A stretch of DNA of 64,000 nucleotides. Origin: Phycisphaerae bacterium. GTDB lineage: Bacteria; Planctomycetota; Phycisphaerae; SM23-33. A program made the translations under genes and the position numbers. The notes under the pieces were generated by a model that worked only from the letters and a program-made list of their open reading frames with translations, had not been told where the DNA came from and did not search any database. Within the stretch, counting starts at the first letter, position 1; each line of letters begins with the position of its first letter. Shown here one piece after another: positions 1 through 9,611 of the stretch. Location: positions 16,999 through 80,998 of the forward strand of contig JBHGBE010000006.1 of NCBI GenBank assembly GCA_041946855.1, read 5' to 3'.

Positions 1-509
1 GCCGTCACGGGCCGGCGCAACTGGTCCCGCAGGCCGTAGGGCAGCGCGTGGTAGACGGCCATCTGCGTATCGATCGCAGGCCTCGGCGGGTCGGTGGGGA
101 AGTTGGGCATGTTGCGGCAGAACGCGGCCGTCACCATAAGCCGCGATGTGTTGGTGTGGTCCTCCATGTAGTCCAGCGGCGAGGGCAGCAGCAGGACCCG
201 CGGCCGGACCTCGCGGACGATCGCGCAGAGCCTGGCCACCAGGCGCGGCTCGTAGTAGATCTGAATGTCATCGGCTAGCGGCGGGTGGAACGTCGCGCCC
301 AGCATCGCGGCCGCCTCCTGCGCCTCACGCGTCCGCGTGGCGATGGTCCGCTCGCGGTTCATCGTCACCGAGCCGCACGAGCCGTTGGCGATGTTCATGT
401 AGTGCAGCTCATACCCGGCGCGGCCGAGCAGCGCCAGCGTGCCGGCCATCATGAACTCGATGTCATCCGGATGGGCGGCGACGGCGAATGCAATCTTGTC
501 CTTGCTCAT
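1..509 (-). CDS. PIG-L/LmbE family deacetylase (partial, 3' end beyond window edge)
   Basis: Reverse translation from ATG (507-509) gives MSKDKIAFAVAAHPDDIEFMMAGTL..., the HPDD motif of LmbE-like deacetylases. The ORF runs off position 1, so it is absent from the supplied track. Confidence 0.7.
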   Translation of the reverse strand, partial: MSKDKIAFAVAAHPDDIEFMMAGTLALLGRAGYELHYMNIANGSCGSVTMNRERTIATRTREAQEAAAMLGATFHPPLADDIQIYYEPRLVARLCAIVREVRPRVLLLPSPLDYMEDHTNTSRLMVTAAFCRNMPNFPTDPPRPAIDTQMAVYHALPYGLRDQLRRPVT

Positions 510-564
510 AGCGCCCGGTTCCCGATCACCAACTCTCCACGCTCCACTCCCCACTCCCTACTCT

Positions 565-1602
565 CTACTTTTTCGCGCCTGTACCACGCGCAAGCGAAAC
601 CGGCTTGCCGGTCTTCACCGACTTCATCTCCGCCTCCACCGTCGCGACCGCGTCGACGGAGGATTCCGGCGGCACGCGGTCTGGCGCCTTGCCCTCCAGC
701 AGGCAGTCGATGAAGTACTTGATCTCGTTGGCGTAGGCGTCGCCTGCCGGCACCGTCTGCGGCTCGGGCTTCGCGCCGTTGCGGCAGACTACCAGCGTCG
801 GCGACTTGGACGAGTCGTACTCAACCGTCGCCTGCTCGAATTCGATGGTCGCGGCCATCGAGAACGGGTAACCGTCGTGGAACCACGCGCCCTCGGCCGT
901 CACCATGTCGATGTCCGCGAAGTCGTACCGGGCGATCACGTGCGACACGCCGCCGTCGGCCGTTACCGTGCCGGCCGCGCGGACGCGCGAGGGCTTGCCG
1001 AAGAACCACTGCGCCGTGTCCACGTCGTGTATGTGCATGTCCAGGGCGCAGTGCCCGCTCCGCTTGGAGTCGACGAACCAGTTCTCGAATCCCCATCGCG
1101 GCGTGCCGCCGATCCGCCGGAACGTCGCGCCGCGGACACGCCCATAGCGCTTGGAGTCGATCATCTCCTTGACCGCGACGTACTCCGGCCAGAACCGCAG
1201 GCAGTGGCCGATCATCAGGCCCCGGCCGGCCTTCTTCGCGGCCGCCAGCATGGAACTCGCCTCCTTGGCGGTGCGGGCCATGGGTTTCTCGCAGAAGACG
1301 TGCTTGCCGGCCTTCAGCGCCGCGACGGCCATCTCCGCGTGCAGGTACGTCGGCGTGACGATGACGATCAACTCCAGCGCGCTATCCGCGAGCATGTCCT
1401 CGAACCGCGTGTACTTCTTCGCCCCGCCCAGGTCCACGCGGCCCGCGCCCACGTCGATATTGCCGGCCGTCATCATGCCTTCAAGCCGGTGCGGCTGAAC
1501 GTCGCACACGGCCGCAAGCTCCGCATTGGGCAGCGTGCGGATGTTCTTCGCGTGCATCATCCCCAGGAAACCAAGACCGACTACTCCGACCTTCATAGGC
1601 AT
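565..1602 (-). CDS. Gfo/Idh/MocA family oxidoreductase
   Basis: N-terminal Rossmann motif MKVGVVGLGFLGMMHAKN and a conserved EKP motif (HVFCEKPMA); 345 aa. Confidence 0.85.
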   Translation of the reverse strand: MPMKVGVVGLGFLGMMHAKNIRTLPNAELAAVCDVQPHRLEGMMTAGNIDVGAGRVDLGGAKKYTRFEDMLADSALELIVIVTPTYLHAEMAVAALKAGKHVFCEKPMARTAKEASSMLAAAKKAGRGLMIGHCLRFWPEYVAVKEMIDSKRYGRVRGATFRRIGGTPRWGFENWFVDSKRSGHCALDMHIHDVDTAQWFFGKPSRVRAAGTVTADGGVSHVIARYDFADIDMVTAEGAWFHDGYPFSMAATIEFEQATVEYDSSKSPTLVVCRNGAKPEPQTVPAGDAYANEIKYFIDCLLEGKAPDRVPPESSVDAVATVEAEMKSVKTGKPVSLARGTGAKK

Positions 1603-1637
1603 CGCTTTCTCCAGTTCTCTTCAGAATTGTGGGTCAA

Positions 1638-1810
1638 GTGGAATGGCAGATTAGGAATGAGTAAGTGAGGAAGGAATGCCAAATGCTTGAATGTCAAATG
1701 CTCCGCGACCTGCGAGGCATGGCCCTCGCGTCCAGTACAGCCGATCCCATTTTGGCATTTGTGGATTTGCCATTCCGTCGTCATTTAGTCATTCCCAATT
1801 TGTCATTCGC
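1638..1810. repeat. Palindromic AT-enriched element built from GGAATG/CATTCC heptad units (family 1, copy A), with a central GCGAGG/CCTCGC hairpin
   Basis: Left arm GGAATGGCAGATTAGGAATGAG...AATGTCAAATGC is mirrored by right arm GCATTTGTGG...CATTCCCAATTTGTCATTCGC. It shares the ATTAGGAATGAG and AATTTGTCATTCGC motifs with the element at 29629-29768. Confidence 0.5.
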
Positions 1811-1811
1811 T

Positions 1812-2657
1812 TCATGGCATGATCTTCCTGATCCGCTCGGCCACCGTCCGCAGGAAAGTCATCTCATCGTCATCCGGCCCCGGGAACACCTCGGCTGTGA
1901 CCGGACCTTTGTAGCCCTGCCTGGCCAGCAGTGCAAGGCTCTCGGCCAGCGGCACGTCGCCGTCGAGGAGCTGGCAGAACCCGCTGACGTTGCCGACGGC
2001 CCGCTTGAAGTCCTTGACGTGGACCGCCTTGATCCGCCTTCCAAGGACCTTTATCCAGTGCTGCGGGTAGCCGGTCAGCCAGACGTTGCCCACGTCGAAA
2101 TACGAGCCCGCGCCCTTGCCCGCGGCGTCCACGAAGTCGCGGAACTCCAGCGGGCTGAGGAGGAACCGGTTCCAGACGTTCTCAAAGCATGCGAATACGC
2201 CGAGCTTCGCGGCCGCCTTTGCGACCTTGCGGGCGAAGGCCAGTGCGCGCTTGTGGCAATCGTCGTATGGCACGACCTCGCCGCCGGGCTTGAAGAACAC
2301 ATCCACCGCGCCCGGCAGGACGAGAAGAAACTTCGCGCCCAAGTCTCGCGTCACGCGAAGCGATTTGATGGTGATGTCGAGCGCCCGCTTGCGTGTCGCG
2401 GCGTCGGCGGATGCGGGGTTGGCGTCCCAAAGCAGGCCGCTGGCCGTGGAGGCGATCTTCATGCCCATCGACTTGGCGGCCGCGGAGATCTCGCGGCACT
2501 TGTCCGCCGGGGTGTCGGGCGTGATGTCGCCCTCGGCGGATACGCACAGTTCGATGCCCTCGAACCCGGCCGCCTTGGCCAGGCCGATCGCCTCGATCAC
2601 ATTCCGCTTGCCTGTCGCGCCATCACGAAATGCCCAGTAGCTTATCTGCGTGAACAT
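1812..2657 (-). CDS. Sugar phosphate isomerase/epimerase (xylose isomerase-like TIM barrel)
   Basis: 281 aa. The ...GFEGIELC..., ...HVKD... and ...EVFPGP... motifs resemble AP endonuclease 2/xylose isomerase-like TIM barrel proteins. Confidence 0.75.
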   Translation of the reverse strand: MFTQISYWAFRDGATGKRNVIEAIGLAKAAGFEGIELCVSAEGDITPDTPADKCREISAAAKSMGMKIASTASGLLWDANPASADAATRKRALDITIKSLRVTRDLGAKFLLVLPGAVDVFFKPGGEVVPYDDCHKRALAFARKVAKAAAKLGVFACFENVWNRFLLSPLEFRDFVDAAGKGAGSYFDVGNVWLTGYPQHWIKVLGRRIKAVHVKDFKRAVGNVSGFCQLLDGDVPLAESLALLARQGYKGPVTAEVFPGPDDDEMTFLRTVAERIRKIMP

Positions 2658-2672
2658 CGTCCAGCCTTTCTC

Positions 2673-3941
2673 TCATTCCTTTGCCGGAAGACTCAGAGGG
2701 TCCACGTCAAGGAGTTCCTTCGCCGTCTGCACCGCCAGTTCGACCAGCCGCTCTCCCTCTCCCTGTGCCAGCGGCGTCGTTGCCACCTCGTATCCGCCCC
2801 AGAGGAACTGGTTGGCCGTGGCGATGTAGCCCAGGTTGTCCGTAGCCTGGAAGAGGACGTAGGTCTTGAGGAACGGGCTGGACCACTTGAGGATCGCGCC
2901 CAGCTCCGCGACCGGCTCGCCCGGCATACCGACGAGCAGTATCGGCCCGATTCCCAGCAGGCTGACGGCCGTCTGGATTTCCGTCCGGCCCTGCTGGGCC
3001 CACCACGACAGGCCGCGCTGGTCCCTTCGCGGCAAGAGGTCGGCCGAGCGGCGGTCCTTGACCTTGAGCGTGATGGGCTTCCACGCGAAACGCAGGCGCG
3101 TGTCGTAATCGACAAGGACCGAATCGTAAGTCCGCGTGATGGCCAGGTCGCCGAGATTCGTGCCCATCTTCATCGCGCGGCTGAAGCCAGACTCGGGCAT
3201 CAGCGGATGGTTGTCGCCGGCCGCGCCGGTGGTCGTCAGGGCCATGCTGCCGGCGAATGTGTCCTCGATGGTCCGGCGAATCCAGCCCTGGAAATCGGCC
3301 GAGACCAGGTTTGACGAGTTGCCCACGCACAGCGGGTGCGACGTGTAGTTGGTCACCAGCGCCTTGTACTGGTTGCGCGATCCCGCGCGCCGGAAGGCGA
3401 CCACGCCCAACTCGCGGTCAACGTACTGGTCGGACAGCCCGGCGAGCTGCTTGTTGTCGGGGATGTACAGCCAGCGGCGGTCGGGGAAGATGTACCGCCG
3501 ATTCATGTTCTCGGCGGCGTAGCCGTAGTTGTAGTGCAGCGTACACTCCTCCGCGGAGGCCTTGGCGTCCTTGGCTGCCTGTGCGGACCAGACGGCCAGG
3601 CGCTCGTTGTAGTCCGGCCGCCAGATCTTGGTCGGCCCGGAGTTGAAGTGCTTCTTCCGCACCTCCGGCCCGCTGTGGACGTGCGTGGCGGTGATGAACA
3701 CCTGCTCGGCCGTCAGGCCCGTCGCGTCCGCGACCGCCTGGCGGACCTGGAGGTTGAACTCGGCCTCCAGCCCGATCAGGTCGAACGTCAGCAGGAACGC
3801 CTCCTTCCGGCCGTCGGAAAGGTACATGGCCGTCACGACGATGTCGTCGTGTACGCCCGCGTTAGGGTGGTCGGGCCCGTAGCCCGCGAGGTGGTGGCCA
3901 GGTTCCGGGTTGATGACTCGCCTGCCGACGCCGCAAAGCAT
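2673..3941 (-). CDS. Neutral/alkaline ceramidase-like hydrolase
   Basis: Start moved to Met36 (ATG 3939-3941), preceded by a perfect AAGGAG 7 nt upstream. The N-terminal region HHLAGYGPDHPNAGVHDDIVVTAMYL resembles the neutral ceramidase N-terminal domain. Confidence 0.55.
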   Translation of the reverse strand: MLCGVGRRVINPEPGHHLAGYGPDHPNAGVHDDIVVTAMYLSDGRKEAFLLTFDLIGLEAEFNLQVRQAVADATGLTAEQVFITATHVHSGPEVRKKHFNSGPTKIWRPDYNERLAVWSAQAAKDAKASAEECTLHYNYGYAAENMNRRYIFPDRRWLYIPDNKQLAGLSDQYVDRELGVVAFRRAGSRNQYKALVTNYTSHPLCVGNSSNLVSADFQGWIRRTIEDTFAGSMALTTTGAAGDNHPLMPESGFSRAMKMGTNLGDLAITRTYDSVLVDYDTRLRFAWKPITLKVKDRRSADLLPRRDQRGLSWWAQQGRTEIQTAVSLLGIGPILLVGMPGEPVAELGAILKWSSPFLKTYVLFQATDNLGYIATANQFLWGGYEVATTPLAQGEGERLVELAVQTAKELLDVDPLSLPAKE

Positions 3942-4081
3942 AGTCGCTCCTTTACAGACAAGGGAAAACCGCAACACGATAACGCGAGAAGGGGGGACAT
4001 GCCACTCTTTTGCCGCCGGGACCTGATGTCGCGGCAATACGCGCAATCAAGGCCCGGGACGTCGGCCGCCCGGCGGCGCTC

Positions 4082-6847
4082 TCACTTGCTCGGCTCCGCC
4101 GCGTCGACCTTCGCCGCCAGGTCGTACAGCTTCCTGGAGCGTTCCTGCCAGCCGGAAATCATGTACAAGTAGTAGCCGACCCAGCCGCCGTCGCTGTGCC
4201 AGTCGTGGATGCGCCAATAGGCGTCCATTGGCTGGAAGCCCTCCAGCGCGTGCGGCGACAGTCCCATCGCGATCGCGCGGTTGCGCTCGGCTATCATGTC
4301 CTTGCACCGCGCCGCCAGTTCCGGCGGGAGCTTCCCGCTTTCCAGCGCCCGCTCGACGGCGATTCGGGCCTCGCACTCCTCGACGCCCTCGCGGAGCATT
4401 TCGAAGCGGGCCGTGGCGACCGGACCATCGGGCCCCGGCCCCAGCATGGCGATCTTGATATTGAGGTTCCGCCAGTTGGCCTTGGGATATCGCTCGAAGA
4501 TGCGCCCTTCGGGCTCGCCCCTCTTGTTCTTTAGCACCGGCCAGAAGTCCGCGCCCCATCGGCCGAAGCCGCGCTGGTCGCCGCCGACGTTCATCTCGCC
4601 GATGAGCCGCGGGACGGTCAGCCGGCCGGACTCGGTGAAATCGCGCGCGAACTGCGCCATCAGCCGGCCGTTCTTCCAGCCCTGCCGGCTAGTGCCGTCG
4701 TACGAGATGAACCTCGGCGCCCACACCGCGACAGTGTACGCCACGGGCACGTCGTAGAGCTTGTCGCGATAGGGGTGGGCGGCGCTCGCCCACGGGACGC
4801 CCGGCAGCAGTTCCCTCCAGAGGCTGACTACCGCCGGCGTGGGTGCGGCATCGGTCGCGAGGCCCAGCGCCATGACCTTTTCCATCCCGCGCTTCTTCAT
4901 CCGCGCCATCAACTCCTCGGCCGGCAGCCGCCATAGTTCCTTCGCGCCGGCCTCGGAGTACTGCGGGAGCTGGAGCTTGGACGCCTTGTCGCCCTCCAGG
5001 ACAGTGACCTCCGGCCCTTTGCCCTTGTAGCCGAACCGGTCCTCGCGGACCTTTTCGCCCTCCAGCCTCTGCACCTCATCGCCAAACTGCCCGCCCTCCA
5101 GGAAGTTGTCCCACACGACGAAGCAGATCACCTTCGGCGGCCCCTGCTCCTTTGCGACCGTGTCCAGGTACTTCTCCATGACGGTGAAGTCATAGTTGTA
5201 CTTGCCGTCCGGCTGCCTGATCCATCGCACCATGGATTGCTCGTTGCCCAGGTTCGTCTCGGCGATGAGCGGAACGTAGCACGTGCTCGCGCCGATCTGT
5301 CCCGTCAGCCGGAGCGACTTGGCGATGAGTTTCCAATGGTCATCGGACCAGGGCTTCACCCCGTACTCCGAGGCGAGCGTGTCCGGCGACTGGATGAGCT
5401 CGACGAATGTGCGGTAGTCCTTCGGGTCGGGAAGCCTGAAACCTGAAACGCTTAGCTGCACCGGGACCGAAAAGGACTTCTCGTTCGCGGCGATGGTGAG
5501 CGTCCCACCGTACTGGCCGGGCTTCGCATCGGCCGGCACCTTCACCGTCACCCAGACCGGGACGACCGCGCCGGCGACTGGGGCGGGCTGTCCCGGCAGC
5601 GTCCGCACGGCCCCGGGATTGGGCTTTTTCGCGCGCACCGGGACTTCCGCGGGAGGCGACTCCAGCAGCGAATCGAACTTGTTGACATCAGTGGCCTTCC
5701 GGGGCAGGTCGGGAGCGGCGAACCGCAGCGCGACACTGCCGGCCGGGATGGATGCGCCGCCGGGCGCGGCCAGGTCCGTGATGCTTGCCTTGAGATTTCT
5801 CAGCGCGCTGTCGGCGCCGACCAGCACCTTTCCGGAAAACGTGCCATTGCGAGTTCCGGCTATCTGGATCGGCTTGAGCGGCTCATTCGGGTCGCCCCAG
5901 TCCACGTCCGTGTCTGTCGAGAGCAGGCTGGAATTCCAGACCCGTACCCCCGCGGACCTTGTCGCGTTGGGCACGAGGCCGTCCTTCCCCGAGGCCTCCA
6001 GCCGGGCCGAGTGCAGCCCGCACGTGTCCCATAGGAAGTAGGCCAGCCCGGAATCCGCCTTCATCGCCGCGACTTTTTCATATGCATCCTTGGGCATTGG
6101 GGCGCGGTGGAGCGATATCGCCAGGACATTTGTACCCTTTTTCAGCATGTCGGAGGGGACCTCGACCTCCACGCTTCGCAGCCGGAGCTTCAGCCGCTCG
6201 CTCTTGGAACCCTTACGGCCGTAACCTTCCGGCAGGCTCCCATCCTCCAGGAAGTACGCCTCGTGCGGATAGACCTCTGCCGGCGTCTGGGGTCCGAGCT
6301 GGCCATTCTTGGGCAGATGGTCGCGCAGCAGTTCCTTGCCGTTGACGAAGACGGCCACCCCGCCCCTGTAGGTCATCGAGAGCTTCAGTCCCTTGACCTT
6401 CGCGGGGTCATCGACGTGGAACCTCGCTCGCAGACACTCCTGCGCGACCGCCAGCGACCCGGCCTGGCAGTAGATGAACCCTACGTTCGCCCGCGCGCAT
6501 TCCTCCCAGTGGCTCCAGCTCGACAGGGGCGCGCCGACCAGCCGCACCCACTGAGAATCGTCGAACTGGGCCGATGTCCAGTCCTTCGGCGGCGCAGGCG
6601 TATTGCACGGAGCACCGATCTCCTTGAGCGTCTCGCCGTCGCTTACCACCGGCGTGCGCAGCGTCAAAAAGAACCGCCAGAAGCCGCTCGTGTCGAGGAC
6701 AACCGTTTGGCCCTGCTCCTGCGCCGCAGCTTGCGTGGCCGGCTTGCCGGCCGGGCCGCTCGCGGCCGGCGCGGCGATGCCGCATGTCGTTGCCGCAAGC
6801 AGCGCCACTGCCATCGTCAGTGCCCTGAATCCGCATCGCTCAAACAT
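4082..6847 (-). CDS. Large secreted hypothetical protein (~920 aa), possible glycoside-hydrolase-like fold
   Basis: Long ORF. Start placed at MFERCGFRALTMAVALLAATTCGIAAPAAS, giving a positively charged n-region, hydrophobic core and AxA-like cleavage site. No catalytic family recognised with certainty. Confidence 0.55.
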   Translation of the reverse strand: MFERCGFRALTMAVALLAATTCGIAAPAASGPAGKPATQAAAQEQGQTVVLDTSGFWRFFLTLRTPVVSDGETLKEIGAPCNTPAPPKDWTSAQFDDSQWVRLVGAPLSSWSHWEECARANVGFIYCQAGSLAVAQECLRARFHVDDPAKVKGLKLSMTYRGGVAVFVNGKELLRDHLPKNGQLGPQTPAEVYPHEAYFLEDGSLPEGYGRKGSKSERLKLRLRSVEVEVPSDMLKKGTNVLAISLHRAPMPKDAYEKVAAMKADSGLAYFLWDTCGLHSARLEASGKDGLVPNATRSAGVRVWNSSLLSTDTDVDWGDPNEPLKPIQIAGTRNGTFSGKVLVGADSALRNLKASITDLAAPGGASIPAGSVALRFAAPDLPRKATDVNKFDSLLESPPAEVPVRAKKPNPGAVRTLPGQPAPVAGAVVPVWVTVKVPADAKPGQYGGTLTIAANEKSFSVPVQLSVSGFRLPDPKDYRTFVELIQSPDTLASEYGVKPWSDDHWKLIAKSLRLTGQIGASTCYVPLIAETNLGNEQSMVRWIRQPDGKYNYDFTVMEKYLDTVAKEQGPPKVICFVVWDNFLEGGQFGDEVQRLEGEKVREDRFGYKGKGPEVTVLEGDKASKLQLPQYSEAGAKELWRLPAEELMARMKKRGMEKVMALGLATDAAPTPAVVSLWRELLPGVPWASAAHPYRDKLYDVPVAYTVAVWAPRFISYDGTSRQGWKNGRLMAQFARDFTESGRLTVPRLIGEMNVGGDQRGFGRWGADFWPVLKNKRGEPEGRIFERYPKANWRNLNIKIAMLGPGPDGPVATARFEMLREGVEECEARIAVERALESGKLPPELAARCKDMIAERNRAIAMGLSPHALEGFQPMDAYWRIHDWHSDGGWVGYYLYMISGWQERSRKLYDLAAKVDAAEPSK

Positions 6848-6933
6848 AAGGTTCACTTCTCTGCATCCTCCGCTGGTAAGGTCGAACAAGGGCCGGATAC
6901 GGCGGCGAGGCATTACGGGGGGCCGGGGTGCTG

Positions 6934-7785
6934 TCATGGGCCCGTGAATGGATAGACCTGGGACGGGTCCCACCCTATCAGATACTCCCTGGTGAACGAC
7001 GTGACATGGCCGTCCACCATCACGCCGTTGCACGAGCCGATGTGCGGCACCACCTGCGCCAGGTCCACACGCGATTGGAGCGAGCCGAAGAAGTAGAAGT
7101 TCCACCCCTTCACGTTAGGGTCGACGATGATGCACGTCCCGGATGGGTTCTTGAACCGGTTGATCTTGACGGCGTTCTTTGTGAACCTGCACCAGCCGGG
7201 CGGCGGCGCGTCGATCCAGTGGTCCTGGGGAAGAGGGTTGGTCGAGGTCTCGTAGTTGGTCGCGGGGTCCACCCAGTTCTGCATCCAGAACAGCCAGTGG
7301 GCGCCAGTCCCATAGTCGCCGTTGGGATTGACGATGCAGCTCCAGGTGTACTCGGAGATGTTCGCGTTTTTGATGCTGGGGCAGTCCATGCGGCGGCTGT
7401 ACCGATAGCGAGGCCAGTTCCGGTCGTAGTTGCCGTCGGCGGGCTGGCAGCCGATCGACTCGCCCCAGCCGTTGGAGGTAGTCGATCGCTTGGCGTCAGT
7501 GTCGAAATAGGGCTGGATGAAGTCCTCCCACCACCAGCACAGGCTTCCGCTGGCGTTGCTGACCCAGACTTCCAGCGGGGGCACGTATTCGATGTTGTCA
7601 TTGGCATAGACCTGCACGGCCGTGCCCATCTGCCTCTCGTTGTTCATGCAGATCACGCGGCGGGCCATCTCGCGGGCCTTGCTCAGCGACGGAACCAGTA
7701 TTGACAGCAGCAGCGCAATGATGGCGATGACGACGAGCAATTCGATCAGTGTGAAGCCGGCCAGGGCCTTGGCCTTCGTGTTCAT
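6934..7785 (-). CDS. DUF1559 domain protein with prepilin-type N-terminal cleavage/methylation domain (H-X9-DG family)
   Basis: [31 protein letters not shown]-terminus; GAGGTG Shine-Dalgarno 6 nt upstream. This family is highly expanded in Planctomycetota. Confidence 0.85.
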   Translation of the reverse strand: MNTKAKALAGFTLIELLVVIAIIALLLSILVPSLSKAREMARRVICMNNERQMGTAVQVYANDNIEYVPPLEVWVSNASGSLCWWWEDFIQPYFDTDAKRSTTSNGWGESIGCQPADGNYDRNWPRYRYSRRMDCPSIKNANISEYTWSCIVNPNGDYGTGAHWLFWMQNWVDPATNYETSTNPLPQDHWIDAPPPGWCRFTKNAVKINRFKNPSGTCIIVDPNVKGWNFYFFGSLQSRVDLAQVVPHIGSCNGVMVDGHVTSFTREYLIGWDPSQVYPFTGP

Positions 7786-7966
7786 GCGCCACCTCGCGGC
7801 ACATCGACCATCATATCATGTGACACGGCCGGAACTGACGCCGCCATCTTCATATTGTCCCGCGGACTGGCGTTTTTGCAAGGACTTCCGCGAATTCGAG
7901 GCCTTGATTGTCCGCACGCGGTGGGGATATACTCCCAATCCGAAAGTTCCCCAGGAAGGAGCGCAG

Positions 7967-8458
7967 ATGCCGAAAGTCGAGTTCACCGTCGAGTCGCTCT
8001 CCCAGGTCGTCAGGGCGCAGGGCCTACAGGCCGCGCAGTCGCTTCTGGCCGAAAGGGCCGAGTCGTTGCGCGCGGAAAGGGCCAGGCACCAGCAGAGCAT
8101 TTCGGCGGCCGAGGAAGCTATCAAGGGGATCAACAGCCAGCTTGGCCAGCTTGAAACGCTGCTCATCGGCGGGGTCAAGAAGGCGTCGCAGGAGATGGGA
8201 ATCGTGCTGTCCGCCCCGCCCCGTATGCGGCCCAAGGCCCGGCACATCAAGCAGGCCGAGATTGCCGAGAAGGTCGTCGGATACTTGAAATCCGCCGGCG
8301 AGGGTGGCCTGCCCAAGAAGGCGATCATGGACCAGTTGGCCAAGGTGGACATGACCCCGGCGGAGGAGACGGTCACCAAGGCGCTGGCCGGTCTGATTGC
8401 GGCCGGGGCGGTCCTCCGGGAAGGCGAATCGCGAAGCACTCGCTACAGGGCCGTATAA
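7967..8458 (+). CDS. Hypothetical protein, coiled-coil with possible C-terminal winged-helix
   Basis: ATG preceded by AGGAAGGAG. The 5' part of the track ORF (7622-) overlaps the DUF1559 gene and was trimmed. Competing antisense ORFs exist. Confidence 0.45.
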   Translation: MPKVEFTVESLSQVVRAQGLQAAQSLLAERAESLRAERARHQQSISAAEEAIKGINSQLGQLETLLIGGVKKASQEMGIVLSAPPRMRPKARHIKQAEIAEKVVGYLKSAGEGGLPKKAIMDQLAKVDMTPAEETVTKALAGLIAAGAVLREGESRSTRYRAV

Positions 8459-8519
8459 GGGGGGACCCCAAACGCGAAGTATCGCATTTGGAGTCCCTTC
8501 GCGAGCATGGGAAGATCTC

Positions 8520-8539
8520 GCGGCGGCTTTGGCCGCCGC
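8520..8539 (+). terminator. GC-rich hairpin (GCGGCGGC-TTTG-GCCGCCGC) ~60 nt downstream of the 7967-8458 stop
   Basis: Perfect 8-bp stem seen in sequence. No U-tract follows, which is common in high-GC taxa. Confidence 0.3.
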
Positions 8540-8608
8540 CAAATGCACCTGCGGGGCGGCTCGCCTCGGATGACGCGGCCGCACCGTCCGGGACACGGAG
8601 ACAACACA

Positions 8609-9337
8609 ATGCGCCACGTCATCGTCTGTCTGCTCGCCGCAGTCCTCCTGATGGTCGTTATCGGGATCGTGCTTCAGTCGCATGCACAGACACCCGCCGC
8701 GCCGCCGGCCCTCGGCAAGGTCGAGGAGACGGTGCTGGGGGCTATGCAGGGCCTCAAGCCCATCTGGTCGTCGCTCTTTGTAAGCGAGGACCATTCGCAC
8801 ATGGCCTGCGCCGCGCAGAAGGGCAACAAGTGGTTGGTGGTTGTCGATGGGAAGGCCGGCCAGGAGTATGACGACATCATGAGGGGCTACCCCGTCCTGA
8901 GTCCCGACGGCAAGCGCGTGGCGTATCCCGCCCTACAAGGCAAGAAGTGGGTGATGGTGGTGGACGACAGGACCGGACCGGAGTGCGACGGCGTCTCAAA
9001 GGGCGCATCCATATTCAGTCCCGACGGCAAACGCGCGGCGTACCTGGTCCAGAAAGGGACCAAGTGGTCCGCCGTCGTGGATGGCAAGGCGGGACCGGAA
9101 TATGACGATGTCGCCTGGGGCTTCCCCGTCTTCAGCCCGGACAGCAAGCGCGTCGCGTATCCGGCCAGGAATGGCGAGAAGTGGCTGGTCGTCGTCGATG
9201 ACAAGCCGGGGCCCGAGTACGACGCCGTTCTGAGGAACACGCCGGCCTTCCGCGCCGACGGGACGCTGGAGTACCTGGCCATGAAGGGCGAATCACTCCT
9301 CCGCGTGAAGAGCCCGCCTGTGGAGGCCCCGAAGTAG
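8609..9337 (+). CDS. PD40/TolB-like beta-propeller repeat protein with N-terminal membrane anchor
   Basis: Start at MRHVIVCLLAAVLLMVV with GGAG 8 nt upstream. Four ~32-aa tandem repeats KW(L/V)VVVDxKxGxEYDxV...SPDGKRVAY contain the SPDGKR signature of PD40 repeats. Confidence 0.6.
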   Translation: MRHVIVCLLAAVLLMVVIGIVLQSHAQTPAAPPALGKVEETVLGAMQGLKPIWSSLFVSEDHSHMACAAQKGNKWLVVVDGKAGQEYDDIMRGYPVLSPDGKRVAYPALQGKKWVMVVDDRTGPECDGVSKGASIFSPDGKRAAYLVQKGTKWSAVVDGKAGPEYDDVAWGFPVFSPDSKRVAYPARNGEKWLVVVDDKPGPEYDAVLRNTPAFRADGTLEYLAMKGESLLRVKSPPVEAPK

Positions 9338-9611
9338 ACGCGAACTCCGCTCCACGCCACGCAAGGTTGGCGTCGAAAAGGGGTGGCCGCCGAATTTCGC
9401 TAACTGTCTCCAAACTGCCGTGTCAGTGACTATAGAGGAAGCTGCGAAGTAGCGGAAATCCGCTACTGGATTTCTCCGGCTTTCTAGCCATCGCCACTGC
9501 CGATGTTATAATTAGATTGATCATCCGATGCTCGCTGTGCCGGGCCTTGAGCGCTCGGCGGCAATTCGTGGGACCGGTTTCTTTGACCGAAAACGTGGGT
9601 GAGGACGGACC

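Noticed and set aside
439-1668. 409-aa plus-strand ORF across the Gfo/Idh/MocA gene
   Set aside because: Fully antisense to a gene with a clear Rossmann motif; Arg/Ala-rich composition typical of GC-driven spurious ORFs.
1665-3314. 549-aa plus-strand ORF spanning the isomerase and ceramidase genes
   Set aside because: Overlaps two well-supported minus-strand genes and the repeat element; no motifs.
3942-4046. Extra 35 N-terminal residues on the ceramidase ORF in the track
   Set aside because: The track start is an ATT codon. An internal ATG with a perfect AAGGAG SD marks a more plausible start.
8024-8800. 258-aa minus-strand ORF overlapping two plus-strand genes
   Set aside because: It overlaps the SD-supported 7967-8458 gene and the PD40-repeat gene; no features.
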